Assembly (NCBI GenBank): GCA_963833095.1 | Contig: CAWHWQ010000003.1 | Location: 160,001 to 224,000 of the forward strand | Direction: 5' to 3' | Length of the DNA: 64,000 nucleotides | From: Vulcanimicrobiota bacterium | GTDB lineage: Bacteria; Vulcanimicrobiota; Vulcanimicrobiia; Vulcanimicrobiales; Vulcanimicrobiaceae | Part shown: one piece after another, positions 63,903 to 64,000 of the stretch | Numbering within the stretch: position 1 is the first letter of the stretch | How the letters are laid out: every line of letters starts with the position of its first letter | Made by a program: the position numbers and the translations under genes | The notes under the pieces: model-generated | What the model was told of the DNA's origin: nothing | Seen by the model: the letters and a program-made list of their open reading frames with translations, nothing else | The model's database searches: none

Positions 63903-64000
63903 ATGCTTATCCGCTGCTTTTTGGCTATTGCTTTGGCGTTATGCACAACGCCGCTCGCAGCTTATGCACAGGCCGCACCCACGACCGGCGCTATCACCGG
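63903..64000 (+). CDS. N-terminus of a secreted protein (possibly a TonB-dependent receptor), truncated
   Basis: MLIRCFLAIALALCTTPLAAYAQAAPTT signal peptide followed by GAITG. Confidence 0.5.
   Translation, partial: MLIRCFLAIALALCTTPLAAYAQAAPTTGAIT

Overview
High-GC bacterial chromosomal window made mostly of core and metabolic genes. Gene style loosely suggests Eremiobacterota/Vulcanimicrobiia, a low-confidence impression not tested here. Left end: an rdgB-to-tig tRNA string (Pro-Arg-His-Lys-Lys-Leu-Gly, minus strand) interrupted by protein genes, including a decayed HNH endonuclease whose stop codon lies inside tRNA-Pro. Next come lepA/yggT/M23 directly behind the SRP RNA, a tyrosine catabolism cluster (hppD, hmgA, fahA, no recognisable maleylacetoacetate isomerase), deoC-ALDH, three c-di-GMP genes, an EgtB/OvoA-type sulfoxide synthase, icd, a serA-phosphatase-cobT-cobS block and tRNA-Ser. 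A class II (B12) ribonucleotide reductase carries three inteins and an NrdR box. An accessory stretch with two small ORFs missing from the track, dps and a CP-ATP-grasp/alpha-E/transglutaminase operon follow. Many genes carry clustered 1-nt indels that most likely are sequencing or assembly errors. Best leads: the triple-intein NrdJ, GGA-loop (CsrA-site-like) hairpin arrays in tRNA leaders and spacers, the tRNA-overlapping HNH, a candidate replacement isomerase in the homogentisate pathway, and a split ALDH16 whose halves lie 15.6 kb apart. No CRISPR array, rRNA, integrase or transposase was seen.
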